From Octopus sinensis (taxonomy: Eukaryota): a stretch of 64,000 bases of DNA. The stretch lies in the NCBI RefSeq assembly GCF_006345805.1, contig NC_043009.1, positions 37,696,001 to 37,760,000 on the forward strand, given 5' to 3'. Both the position numbers and the translations under genes were made by a program. Below the pieces are notes generated by a model. The model made no database searches, was not told where the DNA came from, and saw only the letters and a list, made by a program, of their open reading frames with translations. The first letter of the stretch is position 1, and every line of letters starts with the position of its first letter. Positions 1-13,320 of the stretch are shown here, in pieces.

Positions 1-685
1 CTTGACCAGAATACATAGACTTTTGTCATGCTTGAAGGAGAGGAAATGAAGGCTCAGTGGAAATGAAGTGGAAGCAGTGGCAAGGTTGGACTGGAAAAGA
101 TGGAAGCAGGCAGGTTCAGTGGTAGAAGTGTAAGTGAATGGGTGTAGAGCATTAGGGCAGCTGATAGCCTTAACTTGGTGGTGGTGGGCTGAGTCCACAG
201 CAGTTTGTGGGTACTCCTTCACAGGGCAAAAGAAGCACATTGGAAGGACTTAGTCCTTCTTGGAGAGGTAACAGAGATTGAATGGGGATGTAAAATTTAG
301 TGTGAGTGGAATGGGGGAGGGGAAGTGGAATAAAGTTTGGTAAAAGATGGAGATGGAGAAGTGGGTATGTATGCATCAGTGGAGATGTTTAAGAAACTGA
401 CAGAAATGTCTGAGAGGGAAGTGAATTCTAGTGTTGAAGAGAAAAGGGCTACTAAAATAAGTGAAGGAAGTGAAGTGGTGTGATACATTCATTGATATAA
501 CTGAACAAAAAATTTGTGTTGCAAATTAGTCAAGAAAAATTGGTATAGAAGGCGGCCAATCATGGTTCCATGGCCACTCCAGTGAACTGGTAAAAGAAAC
601 TCACTGGAAGCAAAGCAGTTTAAGGTGAGAAGTTTTAAGAAGGCTGCTAAGTCTCTTTGCCATCTTTCGTTGATTAGTTACCTGG
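1..685 (-). pseudogene. Degenerate Penelope-like element (PLE) reverse transcriptase/linker fragment
   Basis: Minus-strand frames give PLE RT-like motifs in the expected order across frameshifts: LLTLNCF, FYQFTGVAM, LEFTSLSDISVSFLNI, THTKFYIP, LSFKHDKSLCILVK. A related piece lies at 37525-37685. Confidence 0.65.
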
Positions 686-732
686 AAGAAAAAAAAAAAA
701 CTGAGTGAAATATTTGTACATGAAAAAAAAAA

Positions 733-1143
733 TGCATGGCTGTGTGGTTAAGAAGCTTGCTTTGCAAACATGTAGTTTTAAGTTCAGTCCTACGCATGGT
801 ACCCAGGGTAGGCGTCTTTTACTATAGCCCTGGGCTGACCAATGACTTGTGAGTAAATTTAGTAGGCAGAGACTGTGCGGAAACCCATTGCATGTATATG
901 TGTGTGACTGTGTGTGTGTGTTTTTGTGTCTGTCAGACACTCCCACCCCACTCACCGCTTGACAACCAGTGTTGTGTTGGTTTGTTTCCATCCCTCTAAC
1001 TTAAAGGTCCAGCAAAAGAGACCAAGAGAATGAGTACCAGACTTAAAAACAAACAAGTATAAGTATTAGGAGCGATTTCAGTTAAAACCTTTCAAGGTGG
1101 TGTCCCAGTATGTCCACCATCCAATGAATGAAACAAATAAAAG
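733..1143 (+). mobile_element. tRNA-derived SINE (octopus OK/OR-like family A)
   Basis: A-box-like TGGCTGTGTGGTT, B-box-like GTTCAGTCC, internal (TG)n and tail ...CCAGTATG...TGAAACAAATAAAAG. Many copies in the window. Confidence 0.8.
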
Positions 1144-1734
1144 ATTACAGATACAAAGCTGAGAATTTTGAAGTGGATGTATGCTAAGATGGTGAAAGGG
1201 GGTCACAGCCATGTATCAAATGTTGGGATCAATGCATTTTAGAAGCAACATGTTTTCATATATCTTCTTAAAAATATCTCATACACAGGAAAGATGACAG
1301 TTAAGTGAAGAAATATCAGACAAATCAAATGAAAAGAGTAAGAATTGGTATGGTTTGATGCCAGGGTGCTGGATCTTACAAAGGAGATGACAAAGGACTG
1401 TGATTAGATGCTATGCTGAAACAAACCTGTCCAATAGTGGAGAAGAATATATGTAAAATGATGATAATTACGATAATTTCTAATATAGACACAAGGATAC
1501 AAACCATCTACCACAAGATCTACTCTGTGTTGTGGTATGGTGACTTGTGTTGTTCAATGACCCTGGGAGCAGAAGCTCCCAATATTGTCTCCTATGCTGG
1601 ACTGGTCAATATATTGAAGCCAAGCTAATATAGAAACCTCTTGCAAGAGGTAGATATAGGTTTGCATAGGGCCAACACGATATAGGTTTGCATAGGGCCT
1701 ACCTAGAACAAAGTAAAGTCACAGAAGTATTGAC

Positions 1735-2300
1735 GATAATTCAAAACCAAGATCTAGGACAGGATTCTTTTAGACAGAGTATGGAGTGGAAACATCTGGA
1801 ATTGCCAGCAAAAAAGTAATTCAAGACTCAGCCTTCCACAGAAAAAGTGATGCTAACTGTTTTGGGGGATGCAAAAAGAGGGAACATTATCTGGAAAAGG
1901 AGTCTACAGTAACCAGTGCAGGCTACAGTGAAATGCTGGCCAACAAACTGAAGTCAGCAATTTGCACCAAACACTGAGGTCTATTGTCAAAGAAAGTGTT
2001 ATTATTGCATGACAATACATGACCACGTACAACTGCCCACACCATTAAAACCATTGAGAAATTGGGTCTTGAATTGTAGGAACATTCTGCATACAGTCCA
2101 GATCTTGCCCTCTCCTGACTATCACCTCTTTGGACCACTCAAATAGCTTTTACAAGTTTGCTGATTTGCTATGGATGAAAAAGTGCAGAAAGTGGTGGAT
2201 AAATGGCTGCATAAGTAGATGAAAACCTGCTCCAATGCAATAAGTAAGCTTGTGGACCACTGGAAGTGCATTGAAAAAGCAAGGAGACTATGTTGAAGAA
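1735..2300 (+). pseudogene. Mariner transposase fragment, decayed
   Basis: Motifs MEWKH, KVMLTV, LLLHDNT, HSAYSPDLA, DYHLFGPLK, LVDHWKC with stops and frameshifts. Confidence 0.9.
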
Positions 2301-2304
2301 TGAT

Positions 2305-2382
2305 GGATGTAAACAAACTAACATTGGCTGTCAAGTGGTGATGGGAGACAAATACAACGCAAAAACACACACATATATATGT

Positions 2383-2426
<44 letters not shown>

Positions 2427-2588
2427 CAGTCTTTCAGTTTCTTTCTACCAAATCTACTTACAACATTTTAATCAGCCCCAGGTTATAAGCATGAAAAAAA
2501 AAAAACTTGCTCAAAGAGCCATGCAGTGGGACTGAACCCAAGACCATATGGTTGGAAAGCAAGCTTCTTAACCATACAGCCATGCCTA
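2305..2588 (-). mobile_element. SINE family A copy
   Basis: Reverse complement of the family A head (ggactgaaccc...cttcttaaccatacagccatgcc) with internal (TA)n. Confidence 0.7.
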
Positions 2589-2807
2589 TATCTAGCAAAA
2601 TGTACTTCGTCACAGCATACTTGTGAATGGTGATACGCAAATTCGTGAAGCGTCCTATATTTTTATCAAGGTGATGCTCCACCATGACCACAGTCCAATG
2701 ACGAACTAGTAAAGGGTAAAGGGATATATTCAGTTGTATGAGTATTTTCAAGTGGTTAAATAAGTTACTATGCAGAAATCCATCCTCTTCACTTGTTATA
2801 AGTCATA

Positions 2808-2985
2808 TAGTAATCCCTCGCCATATCGCGGTTTACTATTTAAGCTGACATTGACTCCTCTATGGTGGTGTTTTGCTTTTTATAATAGAATACATACAAA
2901 TGATAAAAAACAATAAAAAATATACAGTACAGTACTGTTTCTACTTCGCGGATTTTCACCTATCGCGATAGCCAAGGGATTGCTG
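2808..2985. mobile_element. Tigger/pogo-type MITE
   Basis: TIRs tagtaatccctcg / ccaagggattgctg flanked by TA on both sides. Confidence 0.75.
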
Positions 2986-3353
2986 TAGTTATAAATTTCG
3001 GTACCAGTGGTATACAAGGGTCCGGAAAAATTGACGGCACAAGTGGGATACAAGGGTCCCGACGATATCCTGTGAATTCTTGATTGCTTTTAATACCATG
3101 CCTATTGAAGAGGCCAAACGTCAACAAACGTCAACAAAATGATTTAATAGTTTTAATCCAATCTCTTGTCGCCACAAACTCAATTTTTTTGTGGGGAGGT
3201 ATCTCAATTTTTTAATGGTAACTTTTTAATGGGGATGAGATAGCCAAAAGTACCCTGAGTAGATTGGATCGACATGAAATGAAGTGCCTTACTCAAGGAT
3301 AGAATGCATTGCCCAGTAATCGAACCCACGATCATATGGTTGTGAGGTCAACC

Positions 3354-3609
3354 GGTACTAAAGTACCCAACAGGTACTCATGAAACAGAGTGGACCCGCG
3401 TTAATCATTAAGAAAAGTGAAAATAAGACAAATTTTCAAATTGAAATAAAATGTTATTCAAAAGTAAACCATTCCGAAAGATGTTTTAGATTTTAAATAA
3501 CAATAAATCGAATTATAGCAAAACGAATAACGTTTTATTTCAATTTAAAAAACTGTTTTATTTTCACTTTCTTATTGACAAGCGCGGGTCCACCCTTCTT
3601 CGTGAGTAC
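3354..3609. mobile_element. Foldback MITE with 9-bp TSD (Mutator-like), inserted in a SINE
   Basis: About 85-bp inverted arms (gtactcatgaaacagagtggacccgcg... / ...cgcgggtccacccttcttcgtgagtac). aggtcaacc is duplicated at 3345-3353 and 3610-3618. Confidence 0.8.
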
Positions 3610-4609
3610 AGGTCAACCCTCTAATCATTAAGATATATATATATATATATATATATATACACGCATGCACGAACACACATCAATTCCATTCACAAAGTAT
3701 TGGTCAACACAAAGTGATAGTATAAGCCACTTGTCCAAGGTTCTGCACATACGATAGAACTCGGAATCGTGTTGGAAACCAAATTTCTTAGCTACATAGC
3801 CATGACTTGCATCAACTGAGAATTCAGACTTTTGCGTACACACAAGGACACCCACCACCACACCGACACACATACTAACATGGGTATAAAATGTTTGAGA
3901 AAAATTAAATATTTTTAACTTACAGGAAATTTCCTCTCCAGTTTGGGATTAAAACTGAAAATTCAAAGGTTTTGTCTTACATTGTTGTAGCTGTTGTTGT
4001 TTTAAGCCAATCCCAAGTTGCTTGAAATGATCCAGAACTAGTTTCGGTGAGCCTTAACCTGAATGTGCACAGTTCCCGTTTTTTTTTGTTTTTTTTTTCC
4101 AGTGGAAACTAATTATACTCCTCATAAAATGTGCACCACCACCGTACAGCAATTGTCCCAGAAAAACGCATTTCCCCCCCATAGTGTCAGTGAGTAATTA
4201 TTGAGGCTTTCTTTATAGATAAAATTTAATTTAGCTGTGGAAGTAGAATGACCAGTCAGTAAATGGGTCGTACATGCTTGATGAAAGACTTTGATACTTA
4301 ATATGTATTGTTATATATATAATCAAACAAAACTGAATGCAACAGTTGATGTTCTTCTAGACGGCCAGCATGACTCCTAATGATGAAACTATTAGCTTCA
4401 ACACACGAAAGTCTCAGAATAAATTTCTTGTCAAGCAAGTACGGCACAAGAATAACATTTTTATGATATATATATATATAGCATCATGTTCTAGTTGTCA
4501 TTCGTTTGACTACATAAAAAAAAGATCCTTTTTGGTGTTTTTTCTTCTTTGTTTTAGGTTTTATAACCAAAACTTAAACTTTAAGATCTTCTACTCTTTT
4601 TCTGGTGTT

Positions 4610-5536
4610 TTACCTTCTGTCCATCGTCGATTCTCGGAGGATTTTTTTAAGAGATTTACAAAAATATTTGACTGTTGATTCATAATTATTAGCCGGTCTT
4701 TTACTCAATGATAGATTCGCTAAACATCCATTTATGTCGTAACTCCAGTACTTTGGACTGTAGTGGAAATCAGATGTTTCACCAAACCTCGTTGTCTTTC
4801 TGGGTAGCTGTAGGTTACCAAGAAGTTTAGACCTCAAACAATGGTTCTGCAGACGCGGGCTCTGCTTGATAGAAGTTTTGACCCCTCCACAAGATGGTTG
4901 TGAGAAGCTGTTGCTGTTGATACTATTGATGTTGTTGTTGCTGCTATTATTGTTGGTACTGTTATTGTAGTTATCATCAGTTCCTTTCATTTGCAGTTCA
5001 GTTCTACTCCGTACCAAATTAACTTTCGTTACTTTCAAATCACCTGTTAAAGTCGTATCATCCTTAGGTAACGAACTACTGTTTATAAAAGTCATATTTC
5101 TTTGTAGGTTCTTATCATGGTATCTACGTTTAATTAAGTTCTTTGAAGTTCGCCTGAATTCTGTCACCTTACGGCTATCATTTGCTGATATAATATTCGT
5201 CTTCAATCTCTCCATGTCACCTCCGTAGTTCATTTTCATGTTGTACATTTTGAAGTCATTTGATAAAGCAACCTTTAAATGTTCGTTTTTGTTGTTCTCG
5301 TCTATGAAATAAATGCTGCTACCACCCAGCAATCTTGAGTAAGATTTACTGGTTTGATTATTTCTACAACCCAATGTTGGCTTGTTATTTACTTTCCGGC
5401 CAGTGATTTCTGTAGAGCAATTTTTTTGCTGTACTTTGTCAACTTGCTCCAGTTGCTTTCGTATCAGAATTTCGGTTAATCTGTCAATTGGGTTCTGCTT
5501 TGCATTTATTCCTCGCGTTTTAGGATTTGAAGTCAT
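4610..5536 (-). CDS. Uncharacterised 308-aa basic, N/S/K-rich protein (candidate orphan gene or large exon)
   Basis: 927-nt open frame from the first ATG (MTSNPKT) in a TE-free island. It has a poly-Asn tract and no TE motifs. The stop lies within AG|GTAAAA, so it could instead be a splice donor. Confidence 0.7.
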   Translation of the reverse strand: MTSNPKTRGINAKQNPIDRLTEILIRKQLEQVDKVQQKNCSTEITGRKVNNKPTLGCRNNQTSKSYSRLLGGSSIYFIDENNKNEHLKVALSNDFKMYNMKMNYGGDMERLKTNIISANDSRKVTEFRRTSKNLIKRRYHDKNLQRNMTFINSSSLPKDDTTLTGDLKVTKVNLVRSRTELQMKGTDDNYNNSTNNNSSNNNINSINSNSFSQPSCGGVKTSIKQSPRLQNHCLRSKLLGNLQLPRKTTRFGETSDFHYSPKYWSYDINGCLANLSLSKRPANNYESTVKYFCKSLKKILRESTMDRR

Positions 5537-5974
5537 AATTGAATGCCAGAAAGAAAAAAAGACATAGATCAGAACACAGAGAAAAAGAACGTTGTAGGTT
5601 GGGAGATTCAAATAGCACTTTCATCAAATAAGCAGCTTCAATCCTTAAAAGTTGTCTTTTTTTTTCTAAATCCTGAATGAGCTGAACCGTCATAGAGACA
5701 GGTACCTATCCTGCACTCATAAACACGACTCACTCTCTCTCTCTCCCTCTCTCTGACCACTCCACCCCATACGATGTCTCTCATTAATTGAACAGTACTA
5801 GAATATTCGTGCAATATTAATTTAGAATTAACTGACAGATAGTACTAACATCAACACTATTATCATTACCATCATCATCGCACACACACACACACACACA
5901 AACAAAAAAGAATAACAACGACATCAATGAGAAATGTATAAAACAATACCAGAATAAGTCTAATTGTTAACACC

Positions 5975-6030
5975 GCGCCATTGATTGGTTAAACATTGAC
6001 TAAGCACAGTTTTAGCCGGAAATAGAAACT
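5975..6030. promoter_or_regulatory. Candidate promoter elements (NF-Y CCAAT box, ETS-like CCGGAA)
   Basis: TGATTGGTT at 5982-5990 and CCGGAAA at 6016-6022, about 450 bp upstream of the 5536 ATG in unique sequence. Confidence 0.35.
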
Positions 6031-6154
6031 GGGGAAGGAGCCAAACTATTACTGTTTCATCATGGCTCGTCAAATCAGTTCTCACTGACTTTCATTATAA
6101 TTATGTACTTTCCAATATATATTTCTTATATATATTTTTATGTACATTATATAT

Positions 6155-6510
6155 ATTTTCTACTTATTTCAGTCATTGGTCTGCGGCTATGCTGGGGCAT
6201 TACTTTGAAGGGTTTAGTCGAACCTATTTTTTAAATCCTGCTATTTAATCTGTGGTCCTCTTTTGCTGAACTGCCAAGTTACAGGGACGTAAACAAACCA
6301 GTGCTGACTGTCAAGCAATTGAGGGGGAGGCAAGCTCAAAGACACACACGCATGATGGGTTTCCACACAGTTTCCGTTTATCACTTTCATTCACAAGGCA
6401 TTGGCCAGTCTGGAGCTGTAGTAGAAGACACTTGCCCAAGTTGCCATGTTGTGGGATTGAACCCAAAACTGTTTGGTTGCAAAACAAGCTTCTTCACACA
6501 GCTATGCCAA
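6155..6510 (-). mobile_element. SINE family A copy
   Basis: Full-length reverse-complement match to 733-1143 (tail tttcagtcattgg...gctatgctgggg, head cttcacacagctatgcc). Confidence 0.75.
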
Positions 6511-6570
6511 CACCTTACCAAGACTACATACATTTACACACACATATACATATATACATGTATCATACAT

Positions 6571-6601
<31 letters not shown>

Positions 6602-6779
6602 TATATATATAATATATATATATATACACGTAATATATATGTATAAACATTTTATATGCATATCTATATAAACATATATATGCTTTTATTTTATTCTTTT
6701 ACTTGTTTCACTCATTCGACTGGTCATGTTGCAGTACCACCTTGAACGGTATAGTTGAGCAAATCGACCCCAGTGCTTA

Positions 6780-7266
6780 CCATAAATCCTCAAGTATAGT
6801 CCACCCTTGAGTATAATACGCAGGGGATTTTTAGGGGGCTGTACCTCTGAAAAACCTAAACCTTGTGTATAATACTCACCTCTTCTCTAACTTGAGTCAA
6901 GGAGGTCTATATAATGTCCTTGGTTTGTAAAAATGTACACGGTAACGTCCTTTATTATTATTGTATATATAACATAATGCAAACGTGTAGCTTTTTTGTG
7001 CATTTTGTTTGCAAAAAATAAAGAAATAACAGTAATAACGTTTAATAAATGTTGCTTACTGCAAGTTATGGATGATCCCTTTATGACTTCATTGCTTCGC
7101 GCCTGACATCACAAAATGCATCTGAATAAACATTGCCAGACAGCAAACAGAGACTCGGACATTGCTTAGAAAATATTTTTCATTTTTAACCTCGTATATA
7201 GTATGCACTAGGGATTTTTACCTTTAAATTTTGGAGAAAAAATGCGGATTATACTCAAGGATTTAA
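6780..7266. mobile_element. Pogo-type MITE inserted in a SINE
   Basis: TIRs ccataaatcctcaagtatagtcc / gcggattatactcaaggattta with TA at the left. It splits a minus-strand SINE (about 6690-7315). Confidence 0.75.
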
Positions 7267-7502
7267 AGCCTAGTACTTATTCTATTGGTCTCCTTTTTTC
7301 TGAACCACTAAGTTTTAAATATGTATATATTCGTTAAATTAAATCCAATCATGTTTTGTTTTGGAGAGAATTGAAATAAAGCTTTCACTTCTTTTATTAT
7401 AGCTGTAATAATGGAAGTCTGGTGGGATTATTATTTGTATGGACTTAAAGATTGGTTGCTATTTAGTATATAATTTAGTTATTGTAGGTTTACTATTAAT
7501 AC

Positions 7503-7735
7503 CTATTTCTTTACTACCCACAAGGGGCTAAACACAGAGAAGACAAACAAGGACAGACAAACGGATTAAGTCAATTACATTGACCCCAGTGCGTAACTGG
7601 TCCTTAATTTATTGACCCCGAAAGGATGAAAGGCAAAGTCGACCTCGGCGGAATTTGAACTCGGAACATAATGGCAGACGAAATACGGCTACGCATTTCG
7701 CCCGGCGTGCTAACGTTTCTGCCAGCTCACCGCCT
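7503..7735 (-). mobile_element. SINE family B (ggcggcgagctggcagaaacg head)
   Basis: Near-identical to 22176-22405, 15550-15775 and 37728-38140. Confidence 0.8.
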
Positions 7736-8090
7736 TTTACTATTAATACCGATACAGATGTACATAGATTTAGGTGTTTCTTGTTGTAGTTTAATTTTAA
7801 AGTTAGTGTTTAATCCTACCTATATTTAGATTGAATACTGTTGTACATAGGGTAAATGTGTTTGAAAGTTGTGCTTTTTTTTTTTGGTATGTTTGTTCCC
7901 AAACAACACTACTTTTATTGCTGTTGACACCGCCGGGTTGACTGGTACTGGCCAGGTGTCGAAACCATAATGATATCCATTTGGAAGCTGATGATGGTGG
8001 TATGTTGGATTGTTGGTATGGCTGTTTTTATATATGTGGAATAGTGTTATAACACATCCTTTTGATATATATATATATATATATATATAT

Positions 8091-8590
8091 CATCATCATC
8101 GTTTAACGTCCACTTTCCATGCTAGCATGGGTTGGATGATTTGACTGAGGACTGGCGAACCAGATTGCTGCACCAGGCTCCAGTCTTGATCTGGCAGAGT
8201 TTCTACAGCTTGATGCCCTTCCTAATGCCAACCCCTCCGATCACACAATCACAGGCATAGTCATCATCATTTAGCATCCGTTTTCCATGCTGGCATGGGT
8301 CAGATGGTTTGGCTGGAACTGGTAAGCTGAAGAGCTGTACCAGGCTCCAGTCTGCTTTACTTGGTTTCTACAGCTGGATGCCTTTCCTGATGCCAACCAC
8401 TCCATAGAGTGTAGTGGGTACCTTTTACATTTCACTAGCTCTGACCACAACTACAATTTCAGTTGGCTTGACATGTCTTCTCAAGTACAGTAAATCCCCA
8501 AAGTCTTGGTCATTGGTCATCTCCTCCATCAGACTCAACATCCGAAGATCATACTTCACATATTTTATGACCTTGTTCTATGCCTTCCTA
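8091..8590 (-). mobile_element. Two adjacent RTE-LINE 3' ends
   Basis: (CAT)n followed by cgtttaacgtcc.ctttccatgctagcatgggtt, occurring twice. The second copy extends into RT C-terminal coding sequence. Confidence 0.8.
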
Positions 8591-9544
8591 GGTCATTCCT
8601 TTGTACATTAATGACCAACTTGTTACTGCATCCAATAACACACACTCTTTTGCAGATGACAGACACCACATTCATCCGTTCCCCCAGTTACCCCAACCAT
8701 GTATCACTCACATGCCAAACCTGCTTTACTTCAACAAATGGAAACCTTCAGAGCATCCTTCAGTGATACCATGGTAACCTTGCAGTGGAGTAGATTGAGT
8801 GCATGTTACCCAGAGCAGGCCTTGTGTCTGCCGCCTCTCCTCTGGACTGCCAATTCTACACAGGCTTATATAGCTAACCCCAAAGCAATCCACCAATAAA
8901 AGCATTGTTCAAGGTGGGCTGCCCTTCACACTCATTAGCTATGCTATTGGCTCCAGACTCTAGTCTAGAGGCTTGCTGTCTTCTCTCTCTCTGTTATATT
9001 GCAGCTACAAGGCTTTTGTTCTTTGGAGCTGACTGTTCTTGCAACTCCACTCAGGACTTCCAATGCATTCATATGTATACTTATCATTCTTGCTGCCTGC
9101 AACTCCTGCTGAACTTGCATTAACTATTGTGTCCAATCCTTTCTCCCTTAGAAATCAGTCCTCTATAGTCTTCTTCCGACCCATAACCATCCTACAGTGG
9201 GAGGAGTAAGTCGATCCAATCTCTTCCTGCTGTATGTTTGCTTTAAATAACAAGTGGAGTGTGGCAGGGTTGCATGCTATCCTCATTAAGTATTGGTAAA
9301 TAGTTAGATTTTAGCACAAAGATTACACTTTGTGATGTAATGTTAACACTTTTCTAATAACATATGTCAAAGGAACAATGCTATATTGAATAAGAAGACT
9401 AAAACCAATGGACAGAGTGAATAAAAGAGAAAGAAAACATCTAAGGTAGTGAGAAACAAATAATGATTAGAGTGTAGCAGATAGCCTTCCTCCAATTTGA
9501 ATGAAGAATGTTTAAGTTTGAAAGTTAAAACTGCTGATGAATAA

Positions 9545-9800
9545 TCTATAATATAAAATCCGTTCTGTCTGTTTGTGTGTGTGTCTTCTAGGATCTCGGG
9601 CATCCTCCATCCGATTGCGCTCAGATTTGATATGTAGATACCGACGGTACCAGGGTGTGTATAAGTCTTGAAAAAATGACAAAAATCGATTCCAGGTGAG
9701 AATACGATCGATAAAGCCGTGGGAACGTGCATTTGTACGTGCAAGTATATCAGCTGTTGTGATCGATACTACGCGTACATGAGAAAAATGCACGTGCAGT
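9545..9800 (+). mobile_element. Non-autonomous Helitron-like 5' portion
   Basis: A|TCTATAATATAAAA start followed by a CTGT/GT microsatellite and a CpG-rich body. The 3' end was not identified. Confidence 0.5.
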
Positions 9801-11575
9801 TTGCACAAAAAAAGCTGGCTGGCTTGAAATAATGCCACAAAATGCAGTATATTTAAGAGACCAAAAAAGTAAGATGCAAAAGAGATATTTTCTTGAAACT
9901 TGGTATGAAGGAAGGAAAGACTATTTGGTTTCTCAAGAAGTTTTTTTTTTGCCTTAAATTCATTTAACAAAACCAAAAATTTTATTGAAATAAAGGCATG
10001 CTTAATTATTTTTTAATGAAAAGAAAACACTGATTGCTTTTTATTCAGCAGATAGGATTCAGAAACGTCTATTGGACGGCAGGGGGGAGGGCGTTTTGCT
10101 CATATTACTATATTTGGTAATTTCTGACCAGAGTTAATTTTGGTTATATCTCTGAACTCCATTAAGATACCTTCTAACATTTTTCCAGCCTATCATCTTT
10201 GACATCAGTTGTGGTTGGCATTAGGAAGTGCATCTAGCTGTAGAAACTCTGCCAGATCAGATTGGAGCCTGGTGCAGCCATCTGGTTTGCCAGTTCTGAG
10301 TCAAATCGTCCAACCCATGCTAGCATGGAAAGCGGACGTTAAACGATGATGATGATGATAACCTACATGTGTGTGTGTTTTAATGAAGGCATTGTTTTGT
10401 TTCATGTACACAAAAAACATGATTAGACCTGCTATGAACCAAGTTCTACCAGAAATTATTAGGAACAACACAAATAAACTAGTTTCCGTCTGTTTTATTG
10501 GCTATTTCCCTTCCTCGAAACATTTTATAGAACAACCTAGGTGAACCTTCTAAGTGGTCACTTGACCAACTAGAAATAACAATGACTGCTTCATCAAAAT
10601 GATACATTATTATCTAAAGCTGAAAACTGACAGAGTTATTAGTGTTGAGAAGAATATCTTGTGATATTTGTTGTGGTTCTTTGCACTTGGAGTTCCATAT
10701 CCCATCAGTATCAATTTTGCCTTTCATCTTTCTTGGATTGGTAGAGTGCTAGGATCAAGTACTGAAGTCAATTCTTCATTCTCTCTTTCTTTCTCCTTCC
10801 TCTACCTCCTCTCTCCTCTCATTCCCTTCTTAGTCCCACCTTCTCTCTTCTTCCCCTCTGCCCTCTCTCTCTCTCTCTCTCTTTTTCCACTGTCTCCCTC
10901 CCCTTTACCCTCTCTCTTTACTTTTCCCCTATCAGAATCAGCTACTTTGTGCTGTGAGAAGGATCAGAGGGGATGATGGTGCTCACAGCATCCCTCTCTA
11001 TTAATATGAATGTCTTCTCATAAAAAGGCCTACCTGGTACTGGAACTGAACAAAAATGGAATGATGTGCAAGGAACAGAAATAAAGAAAAAATAATGAAG
11101 TTTTGGAAATGGTGAGATACAACAGATAATGTAGTCTCAGATATGTAATATCTGGGATAATCAGAAGTCTACTCAGTCATAGCTGACCTGGGGTTAAATG
11201 ACAATAACATGAGCAACAATAGGAATAGCAACAGTTGTACACATGTCAAACTTTAAATGACAGATTGTACTACTACTAACTCTACAGCATTCCTCTTTCA
11301 GATTGACTACATCCTTCATGAGAATAGTCAGAATACAACAAAATATACCTTACTCTGTTTTTAACATTAAGTCCTTATTTAATTATGAATTATTGTGATC
11401 ACTAAATAAAAATTATATTTAGAGTAGAGATTGTCAAGTATGCTGTCTTAGGGTGAGTATTATCCCTATGTAGGAAGAATTTTCTTATAGGCAAATATGT
11501 ATTTATCAACGTGGGGACATCTAGTAAAAGAAATCACCTCTTATGTTTAAGCAGTTGCTAGTGTTTTCACTTTGT

Positions 11576-12613
11576 GAATCTATTCCCACAGATTTTTAAT
11601 TAATTTTTTTAACTAAACATTTTTGAAACTTCAAATACTGGTAGAATTTCTCACGTAGAACATGGTTTACTCTGAACGTTTTTGACAAAATTTTGTATGT
11701 TAGAAGTTATTTCATGTTAAAGTTGTCGTATTTGGGTAATTTCAACCAATCAACAATATATATTTGGTTGAAGAAAGCTGCTGCTGTTTATAATAGTAAT
11801 TGAAGAGGAACAACTTCCAGGTCATCTCTACTAAATGTCACCACTCTGTTTGAAGAATTAATACTTAGAAGGAACAAATATTATTTACGTATATTTATTT
11901 GTTTGCTCGACATTGCTGTTTTATCCACACATAAAGCACACCACTGTTTAAAAGACCTATAGGGCAACGAGTCCGCAGCTAGCTTTTTTATTGTTGCTGT
12001 ATATGTAGTTTCAAAATGCCTTATTTTACAATTATGAGATATATTGTTATTGTCATGACTTTATCATACTATAATCAACAACAAACACATTTCATCAATG
12101 TAAAAGTCTTTATTAGATAAAAAAATAACATCATCAACACATGAAGCTAAAACAAAACAAATAGCGGCTTATACACTGGAAAATATGGTAATTGTAGTGG
12201 CAAAGATAAGTTCATTTGCTGGTTGATACTTGATAGTGTTGAAGGGAGGGAAAAAGTAAGGAATGCACGGTGCTGACTAGGAAGGAAGAAAGGATAAAGG
12301 TGGTATCGTCTTCGCATGCCATACAAATAGAACAGAGTGGTGACATTTAGTAGAGATGATCTGGAAGTTGTTCCTCTTTGATTACTATCGCAAACAGTAG
12401 TAGCTTTCTTCAACCGAATACACATCATTGATTAGTTGAAATTACCCAAATACGACAACTTTAACACGAAATAACTTCTAAAATACGAAATTTTGTCAAA
12501 AACGTTCAGGTAAACCATGTTCTACATGAGAAATTCTACAAGTATTCAAAGTTTCAAACTGTTTACTAAAAAAAAGTAAATTAAAAAATCTGTGATTGAG
12601 ATGGAATAGCTCC
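11576..12613. mobile_element. 1.04-kb non-autonomous DNA transposon with about 275-bp TIRs and an 8-bp TSD
   Basis: 11576-11852 is the reverse complement of about 12330-12613. cactttgt is duplicated at 11568-11575 and 12614-12621. Confidence 0.85.
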
Positions 12614-13164
12614 CACTTTGTTAAATATATATGACTTGTCTGCTGTATAAAGCTAAAATTTATTTGCTAAATTGATATTCTATCTGAATTTTTCAAGAAT
12701 TTCACACTTTATACCATTATTTGCATGGAGTGCTCCTGGTCTCAAAATATGCTGACTTGTTGGATGGCAGTCTGTCAGTCATTGTTCCTGAAAGACTTCA
12801 TTGTTCCTGAAAGACTCATTGTTCTTGTGATTATAAAACCTTTACTTGAATTTACTTTCAGTGATGCAAATGCATAGTTGCTTCTTCATGGTATCATTCA
12901 GGTAACTTCTGTTTCAGATGTGGCTGATTCCACATTACATGCCTGTTTTAAATAGCATCTTTTGGTCTTCTAACATAACAACATGGAATATCATGTTTGG
13001 ATGGCTTGCTACTGATACGTGTTTTCATGTTAGATGAACAGCTGCAGCTAATTTTGATGCAATCACTGTTGAAAATCTTCCTATATCTATGATCTACCTT
13101 ACAATGCTTATCTAGAAGGGCCAGGCATTTCATTTTTTTACAATAGGACAGAAATTGCTTTTTT

Positions 13165-13320
13165 TACAATAGGACAAATTTATATTATTTGCTCTCAGCC
13201 GAAGCAAGGCTCTATAACCTCACTACCTTCTCCTGGTCCAAAAACAAAAAAAAGTGTGGAGGGGGTCTCTAATAAACCAACCTTTGGTTGAGATCAAATA
13301 ATATAAATTGTCCTATTGTA
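13165..13320. mobile_element. Small MITE
   Basis: TIRs tacaataggacaaatttatattattt / aaataatataaattgtcctattgta. Confidence 0.65.

Noticed and set aside
5537-5611. Hydrophobic N-terminal extension (signal-like) of the 333-aa ORF
   Set aside because: It starts at TTG in T-rich sequence; the first ATG is at 5536.
5686-5699. RFX X-box upstream of the 308-aa ORF
   Set aside because: Only one half-site (gtctctat) fits; the other half has several mismatches.
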